Shown: in pieces, positions 38,601 through 53,600 of the stretch
Numbering within the stretch: position 1 is the first letter of the stretch
How the letters are laid out: every line of letters starts with the position of its first letter
Assembly: GCA_964016885.1 (NCBI GenBank)
Contig: OZ024740.1
Coordinates: 417,198,001 to 417,262,000, forward strand
Length of the DNA stretch: 64,000 nucleotides
Origin: Eledone cirrhosa
Lineage: Eukaryota
Direction of reading: 5' to 3'
Program-made: the position numbers and the translations under genes
The notes under the pieces: model-generated
What the model was told of the DNA's origin: nothing
Database searches by the model: none
Seen by the model: the letters and a program-made list of their open reading frames with translations, nothing else

Positions 38601-41600
38601 AGTAGTAATGGAGATTCTGTCATATTGTTGTTGACATTCAGTAGTAATGGAGATTGTGTCCTATTATTTTTGACATTCAGTAGTAATGAAGATTGTGTCC
38701 TATTGTTGTTGACATTCAGTCGTAATGGTGATTGTCCTATTGTTGTTGACATTCAGTAGTAATGGAGATTCTGTCCTATTGTTGTTGACATTCAGTAGTA
38801 ATGGAGATTCTGTCCAATTATTGACATTTAGTAGTAATGGAGATTCTGTCCTATTGTTGTTGACATTCAGTAGTAATGGGGATTGTGTCCTATTATTGTT
38901 GACATTCAGTAGTAATGGAGATTCTGTCCTATTGTTGTTAACATTCAGTCGTAATGGAGATTCTGTCCTATTGTTGTTGACATTCAGTAGTAATGAAGAT
39001 TGTGTCCTATTGTTGTTGACATTCAGTAGTAATGGAGATTCTGTCCTATTGTTGTTGACATTCAGTAGTAATGGAGATTTTGTCCTACTGTTGTTGATAT
39101 TCAGTAGTAATGGAGATTGTCCTATTGTTGTTGACATTCAGTAGTAATGGAGATTGTATCCTATTGTTGTTGACATTCAGTAGTAATGGAGATTGTGTCC
39201 TATTATTGTTGACATTCAGAAGTAATGGAGATTGTGTCCTATTGTTGTTGACATTCAGTAGAAATAGAGATTCTGTCCTACTGTTGTTGACATTCAGTAG
39301 TAATAGAGATTCTGTCCTATTGTTGTTGACATTCAGTAGTAATGGAGATTCTGTCCTATTGTTGTTGACATTCACTAGTAATAGAGATTCTGTCCGATTA
39401 TTGTAAACATTCAGTAGTAATGAAGATTGTGTCCTATTGTTGTTGACATTCAGTCGTAATGGAGATTGTCCTATTGTTGTTGACATTCAGTAGTAATGGA
39501 GATTCTGTCCTATTGTTGACATTTAGTAGTAATGGAGATTCTGTCCTAATGTTGTTGACATTCAATAGTAATGGAGATTGTGTCCTATTATTGTTGACAT
39601 TCAGTAGTAATGGAGATTGTGTCCTATTGTTGTTGACATTCAGTAGTAATGGAGATTATGTCCTGTTGTTGTTGACTTTCAGTAGTAATGGAGATTCTGT
39701 CCTATTGTTGACATTCAGTAGTAATAGAGATTCTGACCTATTATTGTTGACATTCAGTAGTAATAGAGATTCTGTCCTATTTTTGTTGACATTCAGTAGT
39801 AATGGAGATTCTGACCTATTGTTGTTGACATTCAGTAGTAATGGAGATTCTGTCCTATTCTTGTTGACATTCATTAGTAGTAGAGATTCTGTCCGATTAT
39901 TGTTGACATTCAGTAGTAATGAAGATTCTGTCCTATTGTTGTTGACATTCAGTCGTAATAGAGATTCTGTCCTATTGTTGTAGACATTCAGTAGTAATGG
40001 AGATTCTGTCCTATTGTTGTTGACATTCAGTAGTAATGGAGATTCTGTCCTATTATTGACATTTAGTAGTAATGGAGATTCTGTCCTATTGTTGTTGACA
40101 TTCAGTAGTAATGGAGATTCTGTCCTATTCTTGTTGACATTCAGTAGTAATGGAGATTCTGTCCTATTATTGACATTTAGTAGTAATGGATATTCTGTCC
40201 TATTCGACATTTAGTAGTAATGGAGATTCTGTCCTATAGTTGTTGATATTCACTAGTAATGGAGATTGTGTCCTATTATCGTTGACATTCAGCAGTAATG
40301 GAGATTCTGTCCTATTGTTGTTAACATTCAGTCGTAATGGAAATTCTGTCCTATTGTTGTTGACATTCAGCAGTAATGGAGATTCTGTCCTATTGTTGTT
40401 GACATTCAGTAGTAATGGAGATTCTGTCCTATTATTGACATTTAGTAGTAATGGAGATTCTGTCCTATTGTTGTTGACATTGAGTAGTAATGGATATTGT
40501 GTCCTATTATTGTTGACATTCAGTAATAATGGAGATTCTGTCCTATTGTTGTTAACATTCAGTAGTAATGAAGATTGTGTCCTATTGTTGTTGACATTCA
40601 GTAGTAATGGAGATTCTGTCCTATTGTTGTTGACATTCAGTAGTAATGGAGATTCTGTCCTATTGTTGTTGACATTCAGTAGTAATGGAGATTCTGACCT
40701 ACTGTTGTTGACATTCAGTAGTAATGGAGATTTTGTCCTATTGTTGTTCACATACAGTAGTAATGGAGATTATGTCCTATTGTTGTTGACATTCAGTAGT
40801 AATGGAGATTGTATCGTATTGTTGTTGACATTCAGTAGTAATGGAGATTGTCCTATTATTGTTGACATTCAGTAGTAATGGAGATTGTGTCCTATTGTTG
40901 TTGACATTCAGTAGTAATAGAGATTCTGTCCTATTGTTGTTGACATTCAGTAGTAATAGAGATTCTGTCCAATTGTTGTTGACATTCAGTAGTAATGGAG
41001 ATTCTGTCCTATTATTGACATTTAGTAGTAATGGAGATTGTGTCCTATTGTTGTTGACATTCAGTAGTAATGGAGATTGTGTCCTATTATTGTTGACATT
41101 CAGTAGTAATGAAGATTGTGTCCTATTATTGTTGACATTCAGTAGTAATGAAGATTGTGTCCTATTGTTGACATTCAGTCGTAATGGAGATTCTGTCCTA
41201 TTGTTGTTGACATTCAGTAGTAATGGAGATTCTGTCCTATTGTTGTTGACATTCAGTAGTAATGGAGATTCTGTCCTATTATTGACATATAGTAGTAATG
41301 GAGATTGTGTCCTATTGTTGTTGACATTCAGTAGAAATAGAGATTCTGTCCTACTGTTGTTGACATTCAGTAGTAATAGAGATTGTGTCCTATTGTTGTG
41401 ACATTCAGTAGAAATAGAGATTCTGTCCTACTGTTGTTGACATTCAGTACTAATAGAGATTCTGTCCTATTGTTGTTGACATTCAGTAGTAATGGTGATT
41501 CTGTCCTATTGTTGTTGACATTCACTAGTAATAGAGATTCTGTCCTATTGTTGTTGACATTCAATAGTAATGGGGATTGTGTCCTATTATTGTTGACATT

Positions 41601-44600
41601 CAGTAGTAATGGAGATTCTGTCCTATTGTTGTTGACATTCAGTAGTAAAGAAGATTGTGTCCTATTGTTATTGACATTCAGTAGTAATGGAGATTCTGTC
41701 CTATTGTTGTTGACTTTCAGTAGTAATGGAGATTCTGTCCTATTGTTGTTGACATTCAGTAGTAATAGAGATTCTGACCTATTATTGTTGACATTCAGTA
41801 GTAATAGAGATTCTGTCCTATTGTTGTTGACATTCAGTAGTAATGGAGATTCTGTCCTATTGTTGTTGACATTCAGTAGTAATGGAGATTCTGTCCTATT
41901 ATTGACATTTAGTAGTAATCGAGATTCTGTCCTATTGTTGTTGACATTCAGTAATAAGGGAGATTCTGTCCTATTATTGTTGACATTCAGTAATAATGGA
42001 GATTCTGTCCTATTGTTGTTAACGTTCAGTAGTAATGAAGATTGTGTCCTATTGTTGTTGACATTCAGTAGTAATGGAGATTATGTCCTATTGTTGTTGA
42101 CATTCAGTAGTAATGGAGATTCTGTCCTATTGTTGTTGACATTCAGTAGTAATGAAATTGTGTCCTATTGTTGTTGACATTCAGTAGTAATGGAGATTGT
42201 CTTATTGTTGATGACATTCAGTAGTAATGTAGATGTTGTCCTATTGTTGTTGACATTCAGTAGTAATGGAGATTGTATCCTATTGTTGTTGACATTCAGT
42301 AGTAATGGAGATTGTCCTATTATTGTTGACATTCAGTAGTAATGGAGACTGTGTCCTATTGTTGTTGACATTCAGTAGTAATAGAGATTCTGTCCTATTG
42401 TTGTTGACATTCAGTAGTAATAGAGATTCTGTCCTATTGTTGTCATTCAGTAGTAACGGAGATTCTGTCCTATTATTGACATTAAGTAGTAATGGAGCTT
42501 CTGTCCTATTATTGTTGACATTCAGTAATAATGGAGATTCTGTCCTATTGTTGTTAACATTCAGTAGTAATGAAGATTGTGTCCTATTGTTGTTGACATT
42601 CAGTCGTAATGGTGATTCTGTCCTATTGTTGTTGACATTCAGTAGTAATGGAGATTCTGTCCTATTGTTGTTGACATTCAGTAGTAATGAAATTGTGTCC
42701 TATTGTTGTTGACATTCAGTAATAATGGAGACTCTGTCCTATTGTTGTTGACATTCAGTAGTAATGGGGATTGTGTCCTATTATTGTTGACATTCAGTAG
42801 TAATGGAGATTATGTCCTATTGTTGTTGACATTCAGTAGTAATGGAGATTGTATCCTATTGTTGTTGACATTCAGTAGTAATGGAGATTGTCCTATTATT
42901 GTTGACATTCAGTAGTAATGGAGATTGTGTCCTATTGTTGTTGACATTCAGTAGTAATAGAGATTCTGTCCTATTGTTGTTGACATTCAGTAGTAATAGA
43001 GATTCTGTCCTATTGTTGTTGACATTCAGTAGTAATGGAGATTCTGTCCTATTATTGACATTTAGTAGTAATGGAGATTCTGTCCTATTGTTGTTGACAT
43101 TCAGTAGTAATGGAGATTGTGTCCTATTGTTGTTGACATTGAGTAATAATGGAGATTGTGTCCTATTATTGTTGACATTCAGTAATAATGGAGATTCTGT
43201 CCTATTGTTGTTAACATTCAGTAGTAATGAAGATTGTGTCCTATTGTTGTTGACATTCAGTAGTAATGGAGATTCTGTCCTATTGTTGTTGACATTCAGT
43301 AGTAATGGAGATTCTGTCCTATTGTTGTTGACATTCAGTAGTAATGAAATTGTGTCCTATTGTTGTTGACATTCAGTAGTAATGGAGATTCTGTCTTATT
43401 GTTGTTGACATTCAGTAGTAATGGAGATTTTGTCCTATTGTTGTTCACATTCAGTAGTAATGGAGATTATGTCCTATTGTTGTTGACATTCAGTAGTAAT
43501 GGAGATTGTATCCTATTGTTGTTGACATTCAGTAGTAATGGAGATTGTCCTATTATTGTCGACATTCAGTAGTAATGGAGATTGTATCCTATTGTTGTTG
43601 ACATTCAGTAGTAATAGAGATTCTGTCCTATTGTTGTTGACATTCAGTAGTAATAGAGATTCTGTCCTATTGTTGTTGACATTCAGTAGTAATGGAGATT
43701 CTGTTCTATTATTGACATTTAGTAGTAATGGAGATTCTGTCCTATTGTTGTTGACATTCAGTAGTAATGGAGATTGTGTCCTATTATTTTTGACATTCAG
43801 TAGTAATGAAGATTGTGTCCTATTGTTGTTGACATTCAGTCGTAATGGTGATTCTGTCCTATTGTTGTTGACATTCAGTAGTAATGGAGATTCTGTCCTA
43901 TTGTTGTTGACATTCAGTAGTAATGGAGATTCTGTCCAATTATTGACATTTAGTAGTAATGGAGATTCTGTCCTATTGTTGTTGACATTCAGTAGTAATG
44001 GGGATTGTGTCCTATTATTGTTGACATTCAGTAGTAATGGAGATTCTGTCCTATTGTTGTTAACATTCAGTCGTAATGGAGATTCTGTCCTATTGTTGTT
44101 GACATTCAGTAGTAATGAAGATTGTGTCCTATTGTTGTTGACATTCAGTAGTAATGGAGATTCTGTCCTATTGTTGTTGACATTCAGTAGTATTGGAGAT
44201 TTTGTCCTATTGTTGTTGATATTCAGTAGTAATGGAGATTGTCCTATTGTTGTTGACATTCAGTAGTAATGGAGATTGTATCCTATTGTTGTTGACATTC
44301 AGTAGTAATGGAGATTGTGTCCTATTATTGTTGACATTCAGAAGTAATGGAGATTGTGTCCTATTGTTGTTGACATTCAGTAGAAATAGAGATTCTGTCC
44401 TACTGTTGTTGACATTCAGTAGTAATAGAGATTCTGTCCTATTGTTGTTGACATTCAGTAGTAATGGAGATTCTGTCCTATTGTTGTTGACATTCACTAG
44501 TAATAGAGATTCTGTCCGATTATTGTAAACATTCAGTAGTAATGAAGATTGTGTCCTATTGTTGTTGACATTCAGTCGTAATGGAGATTGTCCTATTGTT

Positions 44601-47600
44601 GTTGACATTCAGTAGTAATGGAGATTCTGTCCTATTGTTGACATTTAGTAGTAATGGAGATTCTGTCCTAATGTTGTTGACATTCAATAGTAATGGAGAT
44701 TGTGTCCTATTATTGTTGACATTCAGTAGTAATGGAGATTGTGTCCTATTGTTGTTGACATTCAGTAGTAATGGAGATTATGTCCTGTTGTTGTTGACTT
44801 TCAGTAGTAATGGAGATTCTGTCCTATTGTTGACATTCAGTAGTAATAGAGATTCTGACCTATTATTGTTGACATTCAGTAGTAATAGAGATTCTGTCCT
44901 ATTTTTGTTGACATTCAGTAGTAATGGAGATTCTGACCTATTGTTGTTGACATTCAGTAGTAATGGAGATTCTGTCCTATTCTTGTTAACATTCATTAGT
45001 AGTAGAGATTCTGTCCGATTATTGTTGACATTCAGTAGTAATGAAGATTCTGTCCTATTGTTGTTGACATTCAGTCGTAATAGAGATTCTGTCCTATTGT
45101 TGTAGACATTCAGTAGTAATGGAGATTCTGTCCTATTGTTGTTGACATTCAGTAGTAATGGAGATTCTGTCCTATTATTGACATTTAGTAGTAATGGAGA
45201 TTCTGTCCTATTGTTGTTGACATTCAGTAGTAATGGAGATTCTGTCCTATTCTTGTTGACATTCAGTAGTAATGGAGATTCTGTCCTATTATTGACATTT
45301 AGTAGTAATGGATATTCTGTCCTATTCGACATTTAGTAGTAATGGAGATTCTGTCCTATAGTTGTTGATATTCACTAGTAATGGAGATTGTGTCCTATTA
45401 TTGTTGACATTCAGCAGTAATGGAGATTCTGTCCTATTGTTAACATTCAGTCGTAATGGAAATTCTGTCCTATTGTTGTTGACATTCAGCAGTAATGGAG
45501 ATTCTGTCCTATTGTTGTTGACATTCAGTAGTAATGGAGATTCTGTCCTATTATTGACATTTAGTAGTAATGGAGATTCTGTCCTATTGTTGTTGACATT
45601 GAGTAGTAATGGATATTGTGTCCTATTATTGTTGACATTCAGTAATAATGGAGATTCTGTCCTATTGTTGTTAACATTCAGTAGTAATGAAGATTGTGTC
45701 CTATTGTTGTTGACATTCAGTAGTAATGGAGATTCTGTCCTATTGTTGTTGACATTCAGTAGTAATGGAGATTCTGTCCTATTGTTGTTGACATTCAGTA
45801 GTAATGGAGATTCTGTCCTACTGTTGTTGACATTCAGTAGTAATGGAGATTTTGTCCTATTGTTGTTCACATACAGTAGTAATGGAGATTATGTCCTATT
45901 GTTGTTGACATTCAGTAGTAATGGAGATTGTATCGTATTGTTGTTGACATTCAGTAGTAATGGAGATTGTCCTATTATTGTTGACATTCAGTAGTAATGG
46001 AGATTGTGTCCTATTGTTGTGACATTCAGTAGAAATAGAGATTCTGTCCTACTGTTGTTGACATTCAGTAGTAATAGAGATTCTGTCCTATTGTTGTTGA
46101 CATTCAGTAGTAATAGAGATTCTGTCCTATTGTTGTTGACATTCAGTAGTAATGGAGATTCTGTCCTATTATTGACATTTAGTAGTAATGGAGATTGTGT
46201 CCTATTGTTGTTGACATTCAGTAGTAATGGAGATTGTGTCCTATTATTGTTGACATTCAGTAGTAATGAAGATTGTGTCCTATTATTGTTGACATTCAGT
46301 AGTAATGAAGATTGTGTCCTATTGTTGACATTCAGTCGTAATGGAGATTCTGTCCTATTGTTGTTGACATTCAGTAGTAATGGAGATTCTGTCCTATTGT
46401 TGTTGACATTCAGTAGTAATGGAGATTCTGTCCTATTATTGACATATAGTAGTAATGGAGATTGTGTCCTATTGTTGTTGACATTCAGTAGAAATAGAGA
46501 TTCTGTCCTACTGTTGTTGACATTCAGTAGTAATAGAGATTGTGTCCTATTGTTGTGACATTCAGTAGAAATAGAGATTCTGTCCTACTGTTGTTGACAT
46601 TCAGTAGTAATAGAGATTCTGTCCTATTGTTGTTGACATTCAGTAGTAATGGTGATTCTGTCCTATTGTTGTTGACATTCACTAGTAATAGAGATTCTGT
46701 CCTATTGTTGTTGACATTCAATAGTAATGGGGATTGTGTCCTATTATTGTTGACATTCAGTAGTAATGGAGATTCTGTCCTATTGTTGTTGACATTCAGT
46801 AGTAAAGAAGATTGTGTCCTATTGTTATTGACATTCAGTAGTAATGGAGATTCTGTCCTATTGTTGTTGACTTTCAGTAGTAATGGAGATTCTGTCCTAT
46901 TGTTGTTGACATTCAGTAGTAATAGAGATTCTGACCTATTATTGTTGACATTCAGTAGTAATAGAGATTCTGTCCTATTGTTGTTGACATTCAGTAGTAA
47001 TGGAGATTCTGTCCTATTGTTGTTGACATTCAGTAGTAATGGAGATTCTGTCCTATTATTGACATTTAGTAGTAATCGAGATTCTGTCCTATTGTTGTTG
47101 ACATTCAGTAATAATGGAGATTCTGTCCTATTATTGTTGACATTCAGTAATAATGGAGATTCTGTCCTATTGTTGTTAACGTTCAGTAGTAATGAAGATT
47201 GTGTCCTATTGTTGTTGACATTCAGTAGTAATGGAGATTATGTCCTATTGTTGTTGACATTCAGTAGTAATGGAGATTCTGTCCTATTGTTGTTGACATT
47301 CAGTAGTAATGAAATTGTGTCCTATTGTTGTTGACATTCAGTAGTAATGGAGATTGTCTTATTGTTGATGACATTCAGTAGTAATGGAGATGTTGTCCTG
47401 TTGTTGTTGACATTCAGTAGTAATGGAGATTGTATCCTATTGTTGTTGACATTCAGTAGTAATGGAGATTGTCCTATTATTGTTGACATTCAGTAGTAAT
47501 GGAGATTGTGTCCTATTGTTGTTGACATTCAGTAGTAATAGAGATTCTGTCCTATTGTTGTTGACATTCAGTAGTAATAGAGATTCTGTCCTATTGTTGT

Positions 47601-50600
47601 CATTCAGTCGTAATGGAGATTCTGTCCTATTATTGACATTAAGTAGTAATGGAGCTTCTGTCCTATTATTGTTGACATTCAGTAATAATGGAGATTCTGT
47701 CCTATTGTTGTTAACATTCAGTAGTAATGAAGATTGTGTCCTATTGTTGTTGACATTCAGTCGTAATGGTGATTCTGTCCTATTGTTGTTGACATTCAGT
47801 AGTAATGGAGATTCTGTCCTATTGTTGTTGACATTCAGTAGTAATGAAATTGTGTCCTATTGTTGTTGACATTCAGTAATAATGGAGACTCTGTCCTATT
47901 GTTGTTGACATTCAGTAGTAATGGGGATTGTGTCCTATTATTGTTGACATTCAGTATTAATGGAGATTATGTCCTATTGTTGTTGACATTCAGTAGTAAT
48001 GGAGATTGTATCCTATTGTTGTTGACATTCAGTAGTAATGGAGATTGTCCTATTATTGTTGACATTCAGTAGTAATGGAGATTGTGTCCTATTGTTGTTG
48101 ACATTCAGTAGTAATAGAGATTCTGTCCTATTGTTGTTGACATTCAGTAGTAATAGAGATTCTGTCCTATTGTTGTTGACATTCAGTAGTAATGGAGATT
48201 CTGTCCTATTATTGACATTTAGTAGTAATGGAGATTCTGTCCTATTGTTGTTGACATTCAGTAGTAATGGAGATTGTGTCCTATTATTTTTGACATTCAG
48301 TAGTAATGAAGATTGTATCCTATTGTTGTTGACATTCAGTCGTAATGGTGATTCTGTCCTATTGTTGTTGACATTCAGTAGTAATGGAGATTCTGTCCTA
48401 TTGTTGTTGACATTCAGTAGTAATGGAGATTCTGTCCAATTATTGACATTTAGTAGTAATGGAGATTCTGTCCTATTGTTGTTGACATTCAGTAGTAATG
48501 GGGATTGTGTCCTATTATTGTTGACATTCAGTAGTAATGGAGATTCTGTCCTATTGTAGCTAACATTCAGTCGTAATGGAGATTCTGGCCTATTGTTGTT
48601 GACATTCAGTAGTAATGAAGATTGTGTCCTATTGTTGTTGACATTCAGTAGTAATGGAGATTCTGTCCTATTGTTGTTGACATTCAGTAGTAATGGAGAT
48701 TTTGTCCTATTGTTGTTGACATTCAGTAGTAATGGACATTGTCCTATTGTTGTTGACATTCAGTAGTAATGTAGATTGTATCCTATTGTTGTTGACATTC
48801 AGTAGTAATGGAGATTGTGTCCTATTATTGTTGACATTCAGTAGTAATGGAGATTGTGTCCTATTGTTGACATTCAGTAGAAATAGAGATTCTGTCCTAC
48901 TGTTGTTGACATTCAGTAGTAATAGAGATTCTGTCCTATTGTTGTTGACATTCAGTAGTAATGGAGATTCTGTCCTATTGTTGTTGACATTCACTAGTAA
49001 TAGAGATTCTGTCCGATTATTTTAAACATTCAGTAGTAATGAAGATTGTATCCTACTGTTGTTGACATTCAGTCGTAATGGAGATTGTCCTATTGTTGTT
49101 GACATTCAGTAGTAATGGAGATTCTGTCCTATTGTTGACATTTAGTAGTAATGGAGATTCTGTCCTATTGTTGTTGACATTCAATAGTAATGGAGATTGT
49201 GTCCTATTATTGTTGACATTCAGTAGTAATGGAGATTGTATCCTATTGTTGTTGACATTCAGTAGTAATAGAGATTCTGTCCTATTGTTGTTGACATTCA
49301 GTAGTAATAGAGATTCTGTCCTATTGTTGTTGACATTCAGTAGTAATGGAGATTCTGTTCTATTATTGACATTTAGTAGTAATGGAGATTCTGTCATATT
49401 GTTGTTGACATTCAGTAGTAATGGAGATTGTGTCCTATTATTTTTGACATTCAGTAGTAATGAAGATTGTGTCCTATTGTTGTTGACATTCAGTCGTAAT
49501 GGTGATTGTCCTATTGTTGTTGACATTCAGTAGTAATGGAGATTCTGTCCTATTGTTGTTGACATTCAGTAGTAATGGAGATTCTGTCCAATTATTGACA
49601 TTTAGTAGTAATGGAGATTCTGTCCTATTGTTGTTGACATTCAGTAGTAATGGGGATTGTGTCCTATTATTGTTGACATTCAGTAGTAATGGAGATTCTG
49701 TCCTATTGTTGTTAACATTCAGTCGTAATGGAGATTCTGTCCTATTGTTGTTGACATTCAGTAGTAATGAAGATTGTGTCCTATTGTTGTTGACATTCAG
49801 TAGTAATGGAGATTCTGTCCTATTGTTGTTGACATTCAGTAGTAATGGAGATTTTGTCCTACTGTTGTTGATATTCAGTAGTAATGGAGATTGTCCTATT
49901 GTTGTTGACATTCAGTAGTAATGGAGATTGTATCCTATTGTTGTTGACATTCAGTAGTAATGGAGATTGTGTCCTATTATTGTTGACATTCAGAAGTAAT
50001 GGAGATTGTGTCCTATTGTTGTTGACATTCAGTAGAAATAGAGATTCTGTCCTACTGTTGTTGACATTCAGTAGTAATAGAGATTCTGTCCTATTGTTGT
50101 TGACATTCAGTAGTAATGGAGATTCTGTCCTATTGTTGTTGACATTCACTAGTAATAGAGATTCTGTCCGATTATTGTAAACATTCAGTAGTAATGAAGA
50201 TTGTGTCCTATTGTTGTTGACATTCAGTCGTAATGGAGATTGTCCTATTGTTGTTGACATTCAGTAGTAATGGAGATTCTGTCCTATTGTTGACATTTAG
50301 TAGTAATGGAGATTCTGTCCTAATGTTGTTGACATTCAATAGTAATGGAGATTGTGTCCTATTATTGTTGACATTCAGTAGTAATGGAGATTGTGTCCTA
50401 TTGTTGTTGACATTCAGTAGTAATGGAGATTATGTCCTGTTGTTGTTGACTTTCAGTAGTAATGGAGATTCTGTCCTATTGTTGACATTCAGTAGTAATA
50501 GAGATTCTGACCTATTATTGTTGACATTCAGTAGTAATAGAGATTCTGTCCTATTTTTGTTGACATTCAGTAGTAATGGAGATTCTGACCTATTGTTGTT

Positions 50601-53600
50601 GACATTCAGTAGTAATGGAGATTCTGTCCTATTCTTGTTGACATTCATTAGTAGTAGAGATTCTGTCCGATTATTGTTGACATTCAGTAGTAATGAAGAT
50701 TCTGTCCTATTGTTGTTGACATTCAGTCGTAATAGAGATTCTGTCCTATTGTTGTAGACATTCAGTAGTAATGGAGATTCTGTCCTATTGTTGTTGACAT
50801 TCAGTAGTAATGGAGATTCTGTCCTATTATTGACATTTAGTAGTAATGGAGATTCTGTCCTATTGTTGTTGACATTCAGTAGTAATGGAGATTCTGTCCT
50901 ATTCTTGTTGACATTCAGTAGTAATGGAGATTCTGTCCTATTATTGACATTTAGTAGTAATGGATATTCTGTCCTATTCGACATTTAGTAGTAATGGAGA
51001 TTCTGTCCTATAGTTGTTGATATTCACTAGTAATGGAGATTGTGTCCTATTATCGTTGACATTCAGCAGTAATGGAGATTCTGTCCTATTGTTGTTAACA
51101 TTCAGTCGTAATGGAAATTCTGTCCTATTGTTGTTGACATTCAGCAGTAATGGAGATTCTGTCCTATTGTTGTTGACATTCAGTAGTAATGGAGATTCTG
51201 TCCTATTATTGACATTTAGTAGTAATGGAGATTCTGTCCTATTGTTGTTGACATTGAGTAGTAATGGATATTGTGTCCTATTATTGTTGACATTCAGTAA
51301 TAATGGAGATTCTGTCCTATTGTTGTTAACATTCAGTAGTAATGAAGATTGTGTCCTATTGTTGTTGACATTCAGTAGTAATGGAGATTCTGTCCTATTG
51401 TTGTTGACATTCAGTAGTAATGGAGATTCTGTCCTATTGTTGTTGACATTCAGTAGTAATGGAGATTCTGACCTACTGTTGTTGACATTCAGTAGTAATG
51501 GAGATTTTGTCCTATTGTTGTTCACATACAGTAGTAATGGAGATTATGTCCTATTGTTGTTGACATTCAGTAGTAATGGAGATTGTATCGTATTGTTGTT
51601 GACATTCAGTAGTAATGGAGATTGTCCTATTATTGTTGACATTCAGTAGTAATGGAGATTGTGTCCTATTGTTGTTGACATTCAGTAGTAATAGAGATTC
51701 TGTCCTATTGTTGTTGACATTCAGTAGTAATAGAGATTCTGTCCAATTGTTGTTGACATTCAGTAGTAATGGAGATTCTGTCCTATTATTGACATTTAGT
51801 AGTAATGGAGATTGTGTCCTATTGTTGTTGACATTCAGTAGTAATGGAGATTGTGTCCTATTATTGTTGACATTCAGTAGTAATGAAGATTGTGTCCTAT
51901 TATTGTTGACATTCAGTAGTAATGAAGATTGTGTCCTATTGTTGACATTCAGTCGTAATGGAGATTCTGTCCTATTGTTGTTGACATTCAGTAGTAATGG
52001 AGATTCTGTCCTATTGTTGTTGACATTCAGTAGTAATGGAGATTCTGTCCTATTATTGACATATAGTAGTAATGGAGATTGTGTCCTATTGTTGTTGACA
52101 TTCAGTAGAAATAGAGATTCTGTCCTACTGTTGTTGACATTCAGTAGTAATAGAGATTGTGTCCTATTGTTGTGACATTCAGTAGAAATAGAGATTCTGT
52201 CCTACTGTTGTTGACATTCAGTACTAATAGAGATTCTGTCCTATTGTTGTTGACATTCAGTAGTAATGGTGATTCTGTCCTATTGTTGTTGACATTCACT
52301 AGTAATAGAGATTCTGTCCTATTGTTGTTGACATTCAATAGTAATGGGGATTGTGTCCTATTATTGTTGACATTCAGTAGTAATGGAGATTCTGTCCTAT
52401 TGTTGTTGACATTCAGTAGTAAAGAAGATTGTGTCCTATTGTTATTGACATTCAGTAGTAATGGAGATTCTGTCCTATTGTTGTTGACTTTCAGTAGTAA
52501 TGGAGATTCTGTCCTATTGTTGTTGACATTCAGTAGTAATAGAGATTCTGACCTATTATTGTTGACATTCAGTAGTAATAGAGATTCTGTCCTATTGTTG
52601 TTGACATTCAGTAGTAATGGAGATTCTGTCCTATTGTTGTTGACATTCAGTAGTAATGGAGATTCTGTCCTATTATTGACATTTAGTAGTAATCGAGATT
52701 CTGTCCTATTGTTGTTGACATTCAGTAATAAGGGAGATTCTGTCCTATTATTGTTGACATTCAGTAATAATGGAGATTCTGTCCTATTGTTGTTAACGTT
52801 CAGTAGTAATGAAGATTGTGTCCTATTGTTGTTGACATTCAGTAGTAATGGAGATTATGTCCTATTGTTGTTGACATTCAGTAGTAATGGAGATTCTGTC
52901 CTATTGTTGTTGACATTCAGTAGTAATGAAATTGTGTCCTATTGTTGTTGACATTCAGTAGTAATGGAGATTGTCTTATTGTTGATGACATTCAGTAGTA
53001 ATGTAGATGTTGTCCTATTGTTGTTGACATTCAGTAGTAATGGAGATTGTATCCTATTGTTGTTGACATTCAGTAGTAATGGAGATTGTCCTATTATTGT
53101 TGACATTCAGTAGTAATGGAGACTGTGTCCTATTGTTGTTGACATTCAGTAGTAATAGAGATTCTGTCCTATTGTTGTTGACATTCAGTAGTAATAGAGA
53201 TTCTGTCCTATTGTTGTCATTCAGTAGTAACGGAGATTCTGTCCTATTATTGACATTAAGTAGTAATGGAGCTTCTGTCCTATTATTGTTGACATTCAGT
53301 AATAATGGAGATTCTGTCCTATTGTTGTTAACATTCAGTAGTAATGAAGATTGTGTCCTATTGTTGTTGACATTCAGTCGTAATGGTGATTCTGTCCTAT
53401 TGTTGTTGACATTCAGTAGTAATGGAGATTCTGTCCTATTGTTGTTGACATTCAGTAGTAATGAAATTGTGTCCTATTGTTGTTGACATTCAGTAATAAT
53501 GGAGACTCTGTCCTATTGTTGTTGACATTCAGTAGTAATGGGGATTGTGTCCTATTATTGTTGACATTCAGTAGTAATGGAGATTATGTCCTATTGTTGT

